From: a virus
IMG/VR virus record: IMGVR_UViG_3300002138_000073
Span: 5,295-69,294 of that record
Reading direction: 5' to 3' (one strand)
Length of the DNA stretch: 64,000 nucleotides
Position numbers and translations under genes: made by a program. The notes under the pieces are model-generated. The model was not told where the DNA came from. It worked only from the letters and a program-made list of their open reading frames with translations, and did no database searches. Shown piece by piece: positions 8,163 to 17,449 of this stretch. Position 1 is the stretch's first letter; every line of letters begins with the position of its first letter.

Positions 8163-8711
8163 ATGCAACGTAGATCTTTCCTAGCGGCTATCGCCGCCCT
8201 CCCCGTCTTTGGCCTATTCAAGAAGGCTCCCCGTGATCTGTCTATGTGGACGGACTACCCTGTAAAATTGACTGAGCCAGTTTGGATAGACCCGTTCATT
8301 GAGGTGAACCTCGATAATGGCTCAGTTATAATTGGAGATGTCACCTTCGATACGAACGTGCTAAGATCAAATCCAAAAACAATCCAAAAGATGCGTGAAG
8401 TACTAGCCGCTGGAGAGGGGACTATCTCTCTCATCTGGGGACCAGATGATGAGTGCCGTGACTATGTGAGAGTATCATATAGCAACTCATTTGATCATAT
8501 TATTCCCGTTGAGGCCAAAGACTTTGATAAGTGGGAATTCTATACTGAGATAAAAAGAAACGCTCCTGATCAGAGGCTAGAGTTTTACCATATCGCCTAC
8601 AAAGGCAAGCATAACTTGTTTGTTCGTACTTTTGAGACTACTCGCAGGGATAACTTGGTTATCTCAAAAGAGGCCATGGAAGATATTCTAAATTGGACAC
8701 CTAGGAGCTAG
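8163..8711 (+). CDS. Protein with twin-arginine (Tat)-like N-terminus
   Basis: MQRRSFLAAIAALPVFGLF matches RRxFL plus a hydrophobic stretch. Confidence 0.65.
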   Translation: MQRRSFLAAIAALPVFGLFKKAPRDLSMWTDYPVKLTEPVWIDPFIEVNLDNGSVIIGDVTFDTNVLRSNPKTIQKMREVLAAGEGTISLIWGPDDECRDYVRVSYSNSFDHIIPVEAKDFDKWEFYTEIKRNAPDQRLEFYHIAYKGKHNLFVRTFETTRRDNLVISKEAMEDILNWTPRS

Positions 8712-8713
8712 CC

Positions 8714-8900
8714 ATGAAGAGAAGATCCTTCTTGTCTTTCTTAGTCGCTCGACGAAGTCGAGGAAGAATTCAAGGGCGAATATGACCTATGTCCATTTTG
8801 TTCTGACGAAATTATCACTACTGAAAAGCTATTAATGTTCTCCGTTAAGAAGCTAGGAACTACACTTAAAAAGCTCACGAAAGAATACGAGAATGGTTGA
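8714..8900 (+). pseudogene. Chimeric remnant: Tat-like start fused out of frame to a CPFC-containing C-terminus
   Basis: MKRRSFLSFLV... stops at 8785; another frame reads LDEVEEEFKGEYDLCPFCSDEII...EYENG* to 8900 with no start codon before the CPFC motif. Confidence 0.45.
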
Positions 8901-9624
8901 TATTGTACTGAAACAGGACATAGACGTTAGCCTCATTCAAAGCTGCGGCGGGGACCATATGGTTGTCGCTTCTGCCCGCGTCTCAACAAGTGGGGATGAA
9001 TGTCTCAAGTACACGGATGCGGATTCTGCCGCCGAGAATGTTGGGGTTATCAACTACCTAATTAAGCATAGGCACGGAACCCCTTTTGAGCATAGCTCCA
9101 TGACCTTCTATGTGAAGGCTCCGATCTTCGTATGGAGAGAGTGGCATCGTCATCGTATCGGCTTTAGTTACAATGAAGAGAGCGGACGCTACAAAACTCT
9201 CGATCCCGTATTTTATATTCCCAGTCCAGATAGGGCTATGTCAAAGATCGACAATTGGAAGGCTGGTAGGCCAAAGTTCCAACCAACAGACGCATCGATA
9301 AATAAGAAGGTCTGTGATAATCTTGAGAAGTCATATCGACTCTCCTACGACATGTACATGGACAATCTGGACTTGGGTATTGATCCGGGAGTGGCTAGAG
9401 CTTGCCTGCCGGTAGGCATCTATAGTGGTTGCTGGGTTACATGTAATCCTCGCTCCATTATGTCATTCCTATCTCTCCGAACCTACGAGCCAGAGAACGC
9501 ATTATTCGTCAGCTATCCGCTCTATGAAATCGACATGGCGGCTAGAAGTTGCGAAAAGATCTTCGCTGAATACTGGCCCATCACCTACAAAGCTTTCTGC
9601 GACAACAAAAGAGTCGCACCATAA
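8893..9624 (+). CDS. thyX: Flavin-dependent thymidylate synthase
   Basis: HGTPFEH and RHRIGFSYNEESGRY (RHRx7S motif). Confidence 0.95.
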   Translation: MVDIVLKQDIDVSLIQSCGGDHMVVASARVSTSGDECLKYTDADSAAENVGVINYLIKHRHGTPFEHSSMTFYVKAPIFVWREWHRHRIGFSYNEESGRYKTLDPVFYIPSPDRAMSKIDNWKAGRPKFQPTDASINKKVCDNLEKSYRLSYDMYMDNLDLGIDPGVARACLPVGIYSGCWVTCNPRSIMSFLSLRTYEPENALFVSYPLYEIDMAARSCEKIFAEYWPITYKAFCDNKRVAP

Positions 9625-9634
9625 GGACGAAGTC

Positions 9635-10054
9635 ATGCTCATAGATGTAATCAACGCCGATATTACTGCGGCTACAAGAAGCCGCAACCAACTTGCAAGC
9701 GACATCCTAAAGGTTGTTTTGGGCGAATGCCAAACTCGGAACAATTTCACTGACGATTTTATCGTCCGATATTGCCGCGAAATAGTCAAGGGCAATACCG
9801 AAACTATGAAATTTGGCGAGAGCGTCAAGCTCTCCCGCGAGAATGAGCTACTACGTAGTTATCTCCCGAAGGAAGTGAGTAAAGAAGAACTCATAGTCTA
9901 TGCTGGCCAAATTTCTGGGGAAATTAAGGCTGCTCAAAGCGATAAGCATGCAATCGGGGTTCTGATTAAGTATGTGAAGTCGTTAGGGTTGCTTGCAAGC
10001 GGTGATGTATCTAAAGAAGTGATTTTACCAATTAGAAAAGAGCGAAACTCATGA
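9635..10054 (+). CDS. GatB/YqeY-like protein
   Basis: Helical protein with the I..A...R....LKVVLGE...E..LL..YLP pattern of YqeY. Confidence 0.65.
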   Translation: MLIDVINADITAATRSRNQLASDILKVVLGECQTRNNFTDDFIVRYCREIVKGNTETMKFGESVKLSRENELLRSYLPKEVSKEELIVYAGQISGEIKAAQSDKHAIGVLIKYVKSLGLLASGDVSKEVILPIRKERNS

Positions 10055-10245
10055 AATTCGAAATTGTTATTAATAAAAATGGGGCATATTTCTTCCGTCT
10101 CGTCGCAGACAATGGGAATATCCTAGCATCGTCAGAGGCGTATTCCTCGAAGACAAAATGCGTACAAACAGTAAGAGCGATAGCCAAGGAATTCAGCCTT
10201 CAATACGATCCTAGAGGTCTGACAGCGGAGATTAGTTATGAATGA
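10051..10245 (+). CDS. YegP/DUF1508 family protein
   Basis: KFEI...G.YFFRLVADNGNILASSEAYSSK. Confidence 0.85.
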   Translation: MKFEIVINKNGAYFFRLVADNGNILASSEAYSSKTKCVQTVRAIAKEFSLQYDPRGLTAEISYE

Positions 10246-10486
10246 TATGAAGCTTTGGATTCTGAAACCAGTCAAAACACTGAATAGCCCATGGGACCCA
10301 TGGTATGATAAATGCTTCGGTATGGTAATACGTGCCGAGAGTGAAGAACTAGCTAGATCTTTGGCCTCAAGACATTGTGGGACTGAGGGATCAGAACCAT
10401 GGCAGAATCCTATACAATCTTCCTGTGAGATCCTTGACAAAGAAGGGCCTGAAGTGGTTTTGATGCTTGATGTCGCTAATGCATAA
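10238..10486 (+). CDS. Hypothetical phage protein
   Basis: Coupled ORF, WYDKCFGMVIRAESEELAR. Confidence 0.65.
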   Translation: MNDMKLWILKPVKTLNSPWDPWYDKCFGMVIRAESEELARSLASRHCGTEGSEPWQNPIQSSCEILDKEGPEVVLMLDVANA

Positions 10487-10748
10487 GGTATATTGTTTGT
10501 GATTTACCTTCGGACAACGGCTATTGGATGTCCACCGGAAGAAATGTGGTCTATGGGCCTCCCCGGTTCCGGGGAAGAGTAGGCGTAGCTGGAAGTCGCG
10601 GGACCAGTGAAGAAGACGATCTATATGAGCGTATAGCGGAAAAGTCAGCAGCAAAGAACTGGCCATCTAAGTTGCCGGGTAATAAATTGATAGCCGTGGG
10701 GCGATCCGGAGCCTTCCGCCAATCACTGGGTTCACAAACAATTCCTTA
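10484..10748 (+). ncRNA. Putative structured non-coding RNA of unknown class
   Basis: The ends of the 270-nt intergenic gap pair (ATTGTTTGTGA 10492-10502 / TCACAAACAAT 10732-10742); nested helix ACGGCTAT 10517-10524 / ATAGCCGT 10690-10697; internal hairpins. Confidence 0.65.
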
Positions 10749-10758
10749 GGGGCGTAGC

Positions 10759-11295
10759 ATGATATTTCTGTTAGATATGGATGGGGTCATCTGCAACTTC
10801 GTAGATGGCCTCATTAGGTCTGCCAAGTGGACCCTTGAGCATGAGGATTGGGTCTCATGGAGCCACCACCAGACGTTCGGAATAACGGACGAGGAAATGT
10901 GGGCATTCACGAAGGAAGAGGGTTGGTGGGCTAACCTACCAGAGTATGGTTGGGCTTGGAGACTAGTACAAGCACTACAATCTCGTGGAGAGGTCATATT
11001 CTGTACCTCTCCTAGCCTAGATCATAAGTGCCCCGGAGAGAAAATCCAATGGCTTAGAAGTCGCAACTTTATGTCACATAAGAGAAACGACTTCCAGATT
11101 GGTCCACGAAAAGAGCTTATGGCTGGGTCTGGGGCTATCCTGATCGATGATTATGAGACTAACGTCTCTAAGTTCCGAGAGAATGGCGGGAGGGCTATTT
11201 TGTTTCCACAACCTTGGAACTATAATCGCTCGGTAAAAGAAGATAAGGTGGAGTTTGTCCTTAATGAGTTATCTGGTATATCGAGTTTATATTAG
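10759..11295 (+). CDS. 5'(3')-deoxyribonucleotidase (HAD family)
   Basis: LDMDGV, CTSP, K..WL, LIDD, PWN. Confidence 0.85.
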   Translation: MIFLLDMDGVICNFVDGLIRSAKWTLEHEDWVSWSHHQTFGITDEEMWAFTKEEGWWANLPEYGWAWRLVQALQSRGEVIFCTSPSLDHKCPGEKIQWLRSRNFMSHKRNDFQIGPRKELMAGSGAILIDDYETNVSKFRENGGRAILFPQPWNYNRSVKEDKVEFVLNELSGISSLY

Positions 11296-11301
11296 GATTT
11301 T

Positions 11302-12033
11302 GTGACTATGTCCAGTAAAAGAGAATGGGTAATAGAAGATGGAGTTTTTCCAGAGAATGAGCCCAAGATTAGGGATATCCTTGGCGACCGACTAATCTGG
11401 ATGAATTATACTATCGACGGGCCGACGTACTCCAAGTCTCCTGTTACAGACTACATCTTCTACGGTTCTCCCATCACAGGTAGACGCCTACAGAAGGCTC
11501 AGGGCCCTAAGGCCCTATCTTGGCTCTATGATCGTGTGTATGACTGTAACTATTACCTCCCATACTTTCAGGGGTTAGCCCTAAACAATCCCCATATGTT
11601 TGTAGAATCGGGCACTTTGCCTTTACTGGCTGAGTTTCTGGGAAATCCAGAGTGGTTTATTAAGGAAAACTCCGGTTATAAGACCTTCACAGGGCTCGTA
11701 TCCTCTGGCCCAATAGAGACTGGACTATTCTCGGATGACCTTCTTTTGCTTGCTCAGAAGAAGCCGATCGAAGCCGAGTGGAGATTCGTCATAAAGGAGG
11801 ATTCTGTCTTGACTTACTCGGCCTGCGGAGATAATATGCAGTGCGAAAAGGAAGCTGAGGAATTCGCAAAAACCTGCCTTTCTACTGGGTACGATCCGGC
11901 CCCAATGTGGACTCTTGACATCTGTAGATCCGAAGGATCTTATAAGGTGCTAGAGGTTAATAGTTTGCTAAGTGCTGGCTGGTATGATTGCGATGTAAAA
12001 GCCATAGTGGAGGCTGTTGATGAATACAACTAG
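11302..12033 (+). CDS. ATP-grasp domain protein (DUF4343-like)
   Basis: FIK..SGYKTFTG, EWRFVI, WTLDI, VLEVN..LSAGWY. Confidence 0.75.
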   Translation: MTMSSKREWVIEDGVFPENEPKIRDILGDRLIWMNYTIDGPTYSKSPVTDYIFYGSPITGRRLQKAQGPKALSWLYDRVYDCNYYLPYFQGLALNNPHMFVESGTLPLLAEFLGNPEWFIKENSGYKTFTGLVSSGPIETGLFSDDLLLLAQKKPIEAEWRFVIKEDSVLTYSACGDNMQCEKEAEEFAKTCLSTGYDPAPMWTLDICRSEGSYKVLEVNSLLSAGWYDCDVKAIVEAVDEYN

Positions 12034-12238
12034 AATAGTAGTACTGGCTACTTTTGTAATTCTTGGAATCTATGATGCTTGGGTTTGTTCTGCTGGTAAG
12101 ACGGACGCTTCTATCAGTCAGTTCATAGTAGACCTAGTGAACATTAGTCCAGTTGCCTATGGCGTTTTCTGTATTCTGTTAGGACATTTCGGATTCCCCA
12201 TGGTTTCGAAATTTAAGAAGATCCCGCCGCCCGATTAG
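12020..12238 (+). CDS. Small membrane protein
   Basis: Two TM segments; SISQ and GHF motifs. Confidence 0.65.
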   Translation: MNTTRIVVLATFVILGIYDAWVCSAGKTDASISQFIVDLVNISPVAYGVFCILLGHFGFPMVSKFKKIPPPD

Positions 12239-12239
12239 G

Positions 12240-12249
12240 GCGTATTAAT
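12240..12249 (+). promoter_or_regulatory. Candidate phage promoter motif GCGTATWWAT upstream of nrdA
   Basis: GCGTATTAAT, intergenic. Confidence 0.45.
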
Positions 12250-12280
12250 CTATGCACCTCATTTTTCACTAGGGAATGAC

Positions 12281-14497
12281 ATGACCGAGATTCTGGTAAA
12301 AAAACGTAATGGTAAGATGGAGGATTTTGATGCGGAGAAGGTTAATAAGGTACTAGAGTGGGCATGTGAAGGTGTTTCAGACGTTAGCCCTAGTGATGTC
12401 GCGATGAATGCCAAGCTAAGCATCTCCAACAAAATCAAGACAAAAGACATACAGGAAGTCCTGATTCAGTCTGCTTACAATCTAATCAGCGAAGATTCTC
12501 CGAACTACCAGTTCGTTGCAGCACGCCTTAGGCTGTACGCCCTCCGTAAGGAAGTATGGGGAGGGAATTTGCCACCCCGCCTACTCGACCATCTAAAGAA
12601 GAACAAGAGGGTCTATGATGATGTACTCCTAGAGTCCTACTCGGAGTCAGAAATCCACAAGATTGACAAAATGATCAATCATGACAGGGATTTTCGTTTT
12701 ACCCATGCGGGTATTCAGCAGATGATTGAGAAGTATTTGATCTGCGATCGTTCGACGAAGAAGATCTTTGAGACTCCCCAGTTTGCTTTTATGCTTATTC
12801 CTATGGTGCTTTACGCAGGTAGGGAAGACCGCATGGAGTTGATCAAGCAGGCGTATAACTACATCTCAAAGTTCAAGATTAACCTGCCAACTCCGGTCCT
12901 ATCCGGCGTGCGATCCCGCACCAAATACTATAGCTCCTGTGTGCTAATCGATTGTGGCGATAGCCTAGACTCTATATTCACGTCCTCAATGGTGGCTGGT
13001 AAGTATACGGCTCGCAGGAGTGGAATCGGCATCAATATGGGCCGAATTCGAGCCAAGAATTGCCCGATTCGTGATAGTGAAGTAATCTCTACCGGGATTG
13101 TGCCGTTCCTCCGAGTCATGGAAAGTACGGTCAAATCAACCTCCCAAAATGGGACTAGGGGCGGTGGGGCGACAATATCAGTTCCTTGGTGGCATTATGA
13201 GATTGAAGATGTGGTTGTTCTGAAGAACAATCGTGGCACAGACGACAACCGAGTCAAAAAACTTGACTATTGCATTCAACTTGATAAAACCTTCTTTGAT
13301 AGAGTAAGGAACGACGAAGACATCACCCTAGTCTGTCCACATGAGTCGGACCTATATCAGTATTGGGGGAGTAAAGAGTTTACTCAGAAATACGAAGAAG
13401 CTGAGGGGAAGTCTCTTAGACTAACGAAAACTATTAAGGCGAGAGATCTCCTATTCCTTATCGCTAAAGAGCGACTTGAAACTGGTCGAATCTACGTCAT
13501 GTTCATGGACAGTTGTAATCAGTCATCTTGGGATGAGCTTATCCAGATGACAAATCTCTGCGTAGAGATCCTACAGCCCGTATCCCCCCTATCTTCTGTA
13601 GATAGCCAACATGGCAGAATTGGCATCTGTATTCTTTCTTCCATCAACCTAATCGAGACGAAGCACGCAGAAATTCCTAAGGTTTGCGAAACCATAGTCA
13701 GATTGTTGAACAGCCTCATTGATTACCAACTCTACCCATTTCCAGCCGCAGAACTCTTCTGTAAAAGAAAGAGATCTCTTGGAATCGGCATCACCAACTT
13801 TGCCGCTTGGCTGGCAGAGAATGGTATGAATCACGAGACTTTGGAGTCTATTGAGGCCTCTAACGACCTCATGGAATGCATTCAGTATAATCTTCTATTA
13901 GCTTCCTCGAAGCTGGCAGATGAAAACGGCCATGCCCCAGACTTCTATGCTTCGAAGTACTCACGCGGCTGGCTACCGATCGACAACCATTCATCTTTAC
14001 CGGATGATCTTCAATTCCCGCTAAAACAGGACTGGGATTGGTTGCGATCAGAGATCGCCAGAACGGGATTATTCAACTGTACTCTCTCAACGATTATGCC
14101 CGCTGAAAGTTCGAGCGTTTTACACTCGTCCACTAATGGATTCGAGCCAATCAGAGCCTTGCTCACCGAGAAGATTGCTAAGAATGGCGTCAAGAAAGTG
14201 CTAACGCCTAACTACCCAAAGAATAAGAAGCAATATACTATCGCTTGGGATATGACTAGCAATCTAAATTGCATCAAGATGGCTGGAGCGTTTCAGAAGT
14301 GGGTTGACATGTCTATGAGCTTTAATACATACCTTAACTATAACCACTACGAGAACGGGGAAATCCCTATCTCTGTGGTAGTTCAGGATATTATTAATGC
14401 TTACAAGTACGGTCTTCGTACTATGTACTACAACAATACCCCAAACGATAACGAAGAGGCCGACACGTCATGTGCCGGTGGGAGCTGTTCGATATGA
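12281..14497 (+). CDS. nrdA: Ribonucleotide reductase class Ia alpha subunit
   Basis: N-terminal ATP cone (VKKRNG), SSCVL, TNLCVEI, LRTMYY, C-terminal CAGGSC. Confidence 0.97.
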   Translation: MTEILVKKRNGKMEDFDAEKVNKVLEWACEGVSDVSPSDVAMNAKLSISNKIKTKDIQEVLIQSAYNLISEDSPNYQFVAARLRLYALRKEVWGGNLPPRLLDHLKKNKRVYDDVLLESYSESEIHKIDKMINHDRDFRFTHAGIQQMIEKYLICDRSTKKIFETPQFAFMLIPMVLYAGREDRMELIKQAYNYISKFKINLPTPVLSGVRSRTKYYSSCVLIDCGDSLDSIFTSSMVAGKYTARRSGIGINMGRIRAKNCPIRDSEVISTGIVPFLRVMESTVKSTSQNGTRGGGATISVPWWHYEIEDVVVLKNNRGTDDNRVKKLDYCIQLDKTFFDRVRNDEDITLVCPHESDLYQYWGSKEFTQKYEEAEGKSLRLTKTIKARDLLFLIAKERLETGRIYVMFMDSCNQSSWDELIQMTNLCVEILQPVSPLSSVDSQHGRIGICILSSINLIETKHAEIPKVCETIVRLLNSLIDYQLYPFPAAELFCKRKRSLGIGITNFAAWLAENGMNHETLESIEASNDLMECIQYNLLLASSKLADENGHAPDFYASKYSRGWLPIDNHSSLPDDLQFPLKQDWDWLRSEIARTGLFNCTLSTIMPAESSSVLHSSTNGFEPIRALLTEKIAKNGVKKVLTPNYPKNKKQYTIAWDMTSNLNCIKMAGAFQKWVDMSMSFNTYLNYNHYENGEIPISVVVQDIINAYKYGLRTMYYNNTPNDNEEADTSCAGGSCSI

Positions 14498-15537
14498 GAA
14501 GTGTTCTAAACACGATGGTGGTTGATACCACAAAACAGCCCATGTTCTTAGGAGAAGGACTATCCTTACAACGCTATGATAAATGCAAGTATGAGATCTT
14601 CCTGACCCTGTTCAAGAAGCAATTGGGATTTTTCTGGCGACCCGAAGAAATCTCTCTGTCCAAAGACATCGGGGACTATAAGCTACTTAGTGAGCACGAA
14701 AAATTCATCTTCACTTCGAATCTGAAGTTCCAAACGATGATGGATTCGGTGATCGCTCGGGCTATTCCGAACCTGACTCAGTATGTCAGTCTTCCAGAAC
14801 TAGAAGCCTGTATGAATATCTGGGCGGCTTTTGAAACTCTGCACAGCTACTCATATAGTTACCTAATCAACAATGTCTACCCTAACCCATCAGAAGTCCT
14901 AGATGGGGTTCTTGAAGATGAGGAGATCGTTAAACGTGCGAATTCAGTGTCAAGTGCATTCGACGCACTCAACTTTGATTCTAGCAGTCGCCCACTGAAG
15001 GAAAGGATCTATTTGGGGCTCGTTAGCACTAACATTCTCGAAGCCGTCCGATTCTATGTCAGCTTTGCCTGTGCTCTGGCTTTCGAACAGAATAACAAAA
15101 TGTGCGGTAATGCACAGATCATCAAGTTGATTCGTAACGACGAAGCCGTGCATATGTCCATTACCCAAACTATCTTACGACTAATGCGAGACCACGAGCA
15201 AGAAGGATTCCAAGAGGTGGCAGAAGCCTGTAAGGCCGAAGCCACCTCTATGTTCCTTGAGGCTGCTCAAGAAGAAAAAGCTTGGGCATCCTACCTATTC
15301 AAAGATGGCGGCATGATCGGGCTGAATGAAAAGATCATGCATCAATATATCGAATCTCTTGTCGATAAGAGACTTATTGGCGTAGGTCTTGAGAAACATT
15401 TTCACACGAAGAATCCAATTAGTTGGCTTGAAGCAGACAGTAAGGGCAAGCAGACTGCTCCACAGGAGCAGGAAATCATCTCTTACAAAATTGGGGCGTA
15501 CAAAAACGATCTATCTAACGCGACACTGGAGTGGTAA
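14494..15537 (+). CDS. nrdB: Ribonucleotide reductase class Ia beta subunit
   Basis: FFWRPEE, ETLHSYSY, EAVRFYVSF, DEAVH. Confidence 0.97.
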   Translation: MRSVLNTMVVDTTKQPMFLGEGLSLQRYDKCKYEIFLTLFKKQLGFFWRPEEISLSKDIGDYKLLSEHEKFIFTSNLKFQTMMDSVIARAIPNLTQYVSLPELEACMNIWAAFETLHSYSYSYLINNVYPNPSEVLDGVLEDEEIVKRANSVSSAFDALNFDSSSRPLKERIYLGLVSTNILEAVRFYVSFACALAFEQNNKMCGNAQIIKLIRNDEAVHMSITQTILRLMRDHEQEGFQEVAEACKAEATSMFLEAAQEEKAWASYLFKDGGMIGLNEKIMHQYIESLVDKRLIGVGLEKHFHTKNPISWLEADSKGKQTAPQEQEIISYKIGAYKNDLSNATLEW

Positions 15538-15863
15538 TGATAATTGACCATATTAATGACGAGCAGCTACTGTCGATTCTCTTGGAGAACCAATCCATCA
15601 CCGATTACGAGATGGAGGGTCTTAGTGGCGAACTAATCACGCTCTACTGCATGGAAAAGCTTGGAGTAGATACGCCCTTTGCCGAAGTCTATAAAGAGAT
15701 CTGTAGCTTGGTCACATCTCATATTACAGAGAATCTACTCAAAGATGGCCTCATAGAAGCAGAATTCGGAGAAGATGGTTTGACTTATCGAGCCACTCCA
15801 GACGGAGAAAAGATCGTTCAGATGTGCAAAGAATTTGGAGGGGATGATGACCAGACGAACTAA
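15537..15863 (+). CDS. Hypothetical acidic protein
   Basis: Coupled ORF. Confidence 0.6.
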   Translation: MIIDHINDEQLLSILLENQSITDYEMEGLSGELITLYCMEKLGVDTPFAEVYKEICSLVTSHITENLLKDGLIEAEFGEDGLTYRATPDGEKIVQMCKEFGGDDDQTN

Positions 15864-16560
15864 GCAAACTCCACACGTTGGTTCTAGCGTCCCGATGTCT
15901 AGATACAAGTTGATAAAGCCTAAGACGATTAATCAAAGAGACTATGTCTCTTCTATAATGGATAACGATGTTACAATTTGCTCTGGCCCAAGCGGCTCAG
16001 GCAAGTCTCTAGTAGCTTTGTCTACAGCTATCGCTAATCTAACAGATCCCACTACTCCCTACGCCCGGATCTATGTAACTAGACCCATGATATCAACCTC
16101 CACTAAGGACTTCCCGTGGATCAAGGGTAGCCTTATTGACAAGCTGAGACCTTGGTTCGCTCCTATCCTTGCCAATCTGGAAGAGCTTGTCGGGTCGAAG
16201 ACTGAGCTAGAGAAATTAATCGAGTCAGAAACGATCTGTCTTCAGGCCATCGAGCTAATGAGAGGCTTCACATACAAGAATTGCTTTGTTCTTGTCACAG
16301 AGGCCCAGAATATGACAGTCCCGCAGGCGGTAATGGCTATTACTCGACTCGGCGAGAACTGTAGAATGGTGTTCGAGGGAGATACAGATCAGAAAGACCT
16401 TCGAGGAGAAGAGAGCGGCCTGTCGTACCTAAAGAGAAAACTACAACATAGAGAAGATCTTTGCGGCATGGTCGAACTTGACGCTACAGATATCCTGAGA
16501 CATCCTCTGATTGGTCAGATCCTAGAACAACTTGACTATCGGGGGCTTGGATCATACTAG
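15844..16560 (+). CDS. phoH: PhoH-like ATPase
   Basis: PKTINQ, GPSGSGKS, EAQN, TRLGE, GD..QKDL, RHPLI. Confidence 0.9.
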   Translation: MMTRRTKQTPHVGSSVPMSRYKLIKPKTINQRDYVSSIMDNDVTICSGPSGSGKSLVALSTAIANLTDPTTPYARIYVTRPMISTSTKDFPWIKGSLIDKLRPWFAPILANLEELVGSKTELEKLIESETICLQAIELMRGFTYKNCFVLVTEAQNMTVPQAVMAITRLGENCRMVFEGDTDQKDLRGEESGLSYLKRKLQHREDLCGMVELDATDILRHPLIGQILEQLDYRGLGSY

Positions 16561-16569
16561 GAGCTACGA

Positions 16570-16782
16570 ATGATATTCCGACTATTCCAGAACGGCGATC
16601 CTATTCGTACTAGATCTAACAAAGACAATATCTACACCACAATTGAGGGTGCTAAAATTGGACTTAAGCAGTATCTGACGTATGCCAATAGAAAGATACG
16701 CCAGAAACATCTACAGATTAAGGCTGACGATTGTTCGATCGTTGGCTTTGATTTAGTAGAAAAGACTAGGTATTTCCTATGA
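16570..16782 (+). CDS. Hypothetical protein
   Basis: ORF with RBS. Confidence 0.55.
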   Translation: MIFRLFQNGDPIRTRSNKDNIYTTIEGAKIGLKQYLTYANRKIRQKHLQIKADDCSIVGFDLVEKTRYFL

Positions 16783-17132
16783 GGTTTTTGATTCTCTTCA
16801 TATGTTTGGTATGTGTTTACGATATTTATTGTACTGTGAAGTATCAGGACTTTATCGGAGACCACGAGCGTAACTTAATAGCCAGAATGCTGATAATAAA
16901 GACCCACGAAATAGATTACATCTACAACGATCCAGTCTCAAATAAGTCTAGATTGTTTCACACTACCACAGTGGATGTGTCATTGCTGGTCGCTTTTAAA
17001 TGTCTTGGGCTTCTGGCCGCTGCGGATATACTAGAATGGGTCTATAGATTCAATACTCCGGCGAGTCGGAGCATCATTTATATCGTAACCATGATCCAAG
17101 CCGCCCTTCTCATTTACCTGACTGCCGCCTGA
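16779..17132 (+). CDS. Membrane protein
   Basis: Three hydrophobic segments, E.N..A motif. Confidence 0.6.
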   Translation: MRFLILFICLVCVYDIYCTVKYQDFIGDHERNLIARMLIIKTHEIDYIYNDPVSNKSRLFHTTTVDVSLLVAFKCLGLLAAADILEWVYRFNTPASRSIIYIVTMIQAALLIYLTAA

Positions 17133-17449
17133 TGCCAATATACGAATACAAGTGCAATAAGTGTGAACACCAATTCGAAATTGTGCAGGGCGTAAAAGAC
17201 CCGGTAAAAAAGAAGTGTTCAGAGTGTAAGGGGTTTGGGCTGGAGCGGCTATTGTTTCCCGCTATGGGCTGCGTCAAAGAGATCCGGACTCTGGGACAAC
17301 TTGCTGAGAAGAACACAAAAATGGCTGGCTCTAAGCTGGATACACCAGAGATGTCTAAGGCTCTAAAGACTAAGGCCAAGGCGAGAGAAATCAATGAGAT
17401 TAACAGAATGTCTGTTAGTCAACAGAAGAAATTCATAGAGGGCAAATAA
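17132..17449 (+). CDS. FmdB-family zinc ribbon protein
   Basis: MPIYEYKCNKCEHQFE...CSEC. Confidence 0.85.
   Translation: MPIYEYKCNKCEHQFEIVQGVKDPVKKKCSECKGFGLERLLFPAMGCVKEIRTLGQLAEKNTKMAGSKLDTPEMSKALKTKAKAREINEINRMSVSQQKKFIEGK

Noticed and set aside
10484-10748. tRNA, tmRNA or RNase P identity for the structured region
   Set aside because: No T-loop GTTCGA with a CCA-type acceptor end and no GAGGAAAGTCC-like RNase P core seen
10528-10749. 73-aa ORF in the large intergenic gap
   Set aside because: No RBS and non-protein-like composition; the region is better explained by nested RNA helices
12281-15537. Introns or inteins in nrdA/nrdB (also checked in dnaB and recA)
   Set aside because: Protein lengths are normal and the motifs are contiguous
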